Source: Gekko japonicus
Taxonomy: Eukaryota
NCBI RefSeq assembly: GCF_001447785.1
Contig: NW_015167536.1
Span: 434,001 to 498,000 of the forward strand
Length of the DNA stretch: 64,000 nt
Reading direction: 5' to 3'
Shown here: one piece after another, positions 63,301-64,000 of the stretch
Numbering within the stretch: the first letter of the stretch is position 1
Layout: each line of letters begins with the position of its first letter
Notes under the pieces: generated by a model
The model's input: the letters and a program-made list of their open reading frames with translations, nothing else
Told to the model about the DNA's origin: nothing
Databases searched by the model: none
Made by a program: the position numbers and the translations under genes

Positions 63301-64000
63301 GGCCTAACCCTAGAGAGGTTTCCAGAGCCCTTATTTCACGAGAGGCGGATGTCTCTGAACGACCAGCCATGCTACTTGCCCCCCCCCCTCAGATCTCCCA
63401 CGATACACCCACCACCATGAGTGGGATAGTGGGTCCCACGTCTCTTGGAAAGGCTGCTTTGGAAGGCAGCAGGTCTACCTGAAGGTCCCGCTGGCCCCCA
63501 ACCGTTCTCGCCTACTTGGGAGGGACAACAGCCATCAAAGGACCGTCCATTCTAAGAGAACACCTGGTTTAGGCCTTGCGCGCTCCATCCGAGGAAGAGC
63601 GAAGGGCGCGTGCAGGCCTGGTATTCTCCGGGTTCTCCGCTGTCTCCATTTAAAAAAAAGAAGAAGGGAAAAGATGGAAGGGGGAGGGAAATGGGGGGGG
63701 GAAGAAAGCAGACAGTTGCCATCCAGAAGGTCTAATCTTATCCCCGCATCTCGCGTAATGAGAAACACTCCTGTTAACATCACCCCTTTCAGAAAATATC
63801 ATGGCGAGACGGAAGACGGGTCTATCAAGAAGGCTAAACTCTCTCACTTCAAACCCCCCCCCCCGTTTCTTGCAAACTAAGCACATTTTTGTGGGTTTCC
63901 TCATTGCTGACAAATCAAACCAAAGAGACAACATCAAAGAGTGTTCATTGAACAGGATACTACTTTTAAAACCGTGCACAAAAAAAAGAAGAAGTAAAAA

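Noticed and set aside
54400-64000. HOXC11 or HOTAIR sequence
   Set aside because: No homeobox or recognisable exon here; these should lie beyond the right edge of the window.

Overview
This is vertebrate genomic DNA from the central part of a HoxC cluster, with all genes on the minus strand. From right to left it contains HOXC10 (2 exons, 376 aa, with a 36-aa Pro/Gln tract), the miR-196a hairpin, HOXC9 (260 aa), the Hoxc8 early enhancer, HOXC8 (242 aa), a promoter with a non-coding exon in the empty paralog-7 position, and HOXC6 (236 aa). The proximal promoter of HOXC5 sits at the left edge and its CDS lies outside the window. Every splice junction is GT-AG and phase 1, and each gene joins into an intact frame. 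The repeat content (a hAT MITE, short palindromic repeats, many microsatellites) suggests a squamate reptile, possibly a gecko-like lizard; this is inference. Assembly gaps (N) lie at 2092-2161, 18471-18505, 20740-20994, 44210-44358, 53103-53268 and 62460-62605. The most notable oddities are: (1) two substitutions at normally conserved HOXC9 homeodomain positions (T9P, T13N); (2) an intact hAT MITE with an 8-bp target-site duplication inside the cluster; (3) upstream AUGs next to the start codons of HOXC8, HOXC9 and HOXC10; (4) a dense array of miR-196 sites in the HOXC8 and HOXC6 3'UTRs; (5) a gene-less Hox-type promoter and exon. Comparisons with human, mouse or other species are from memory and were not checked by database search.
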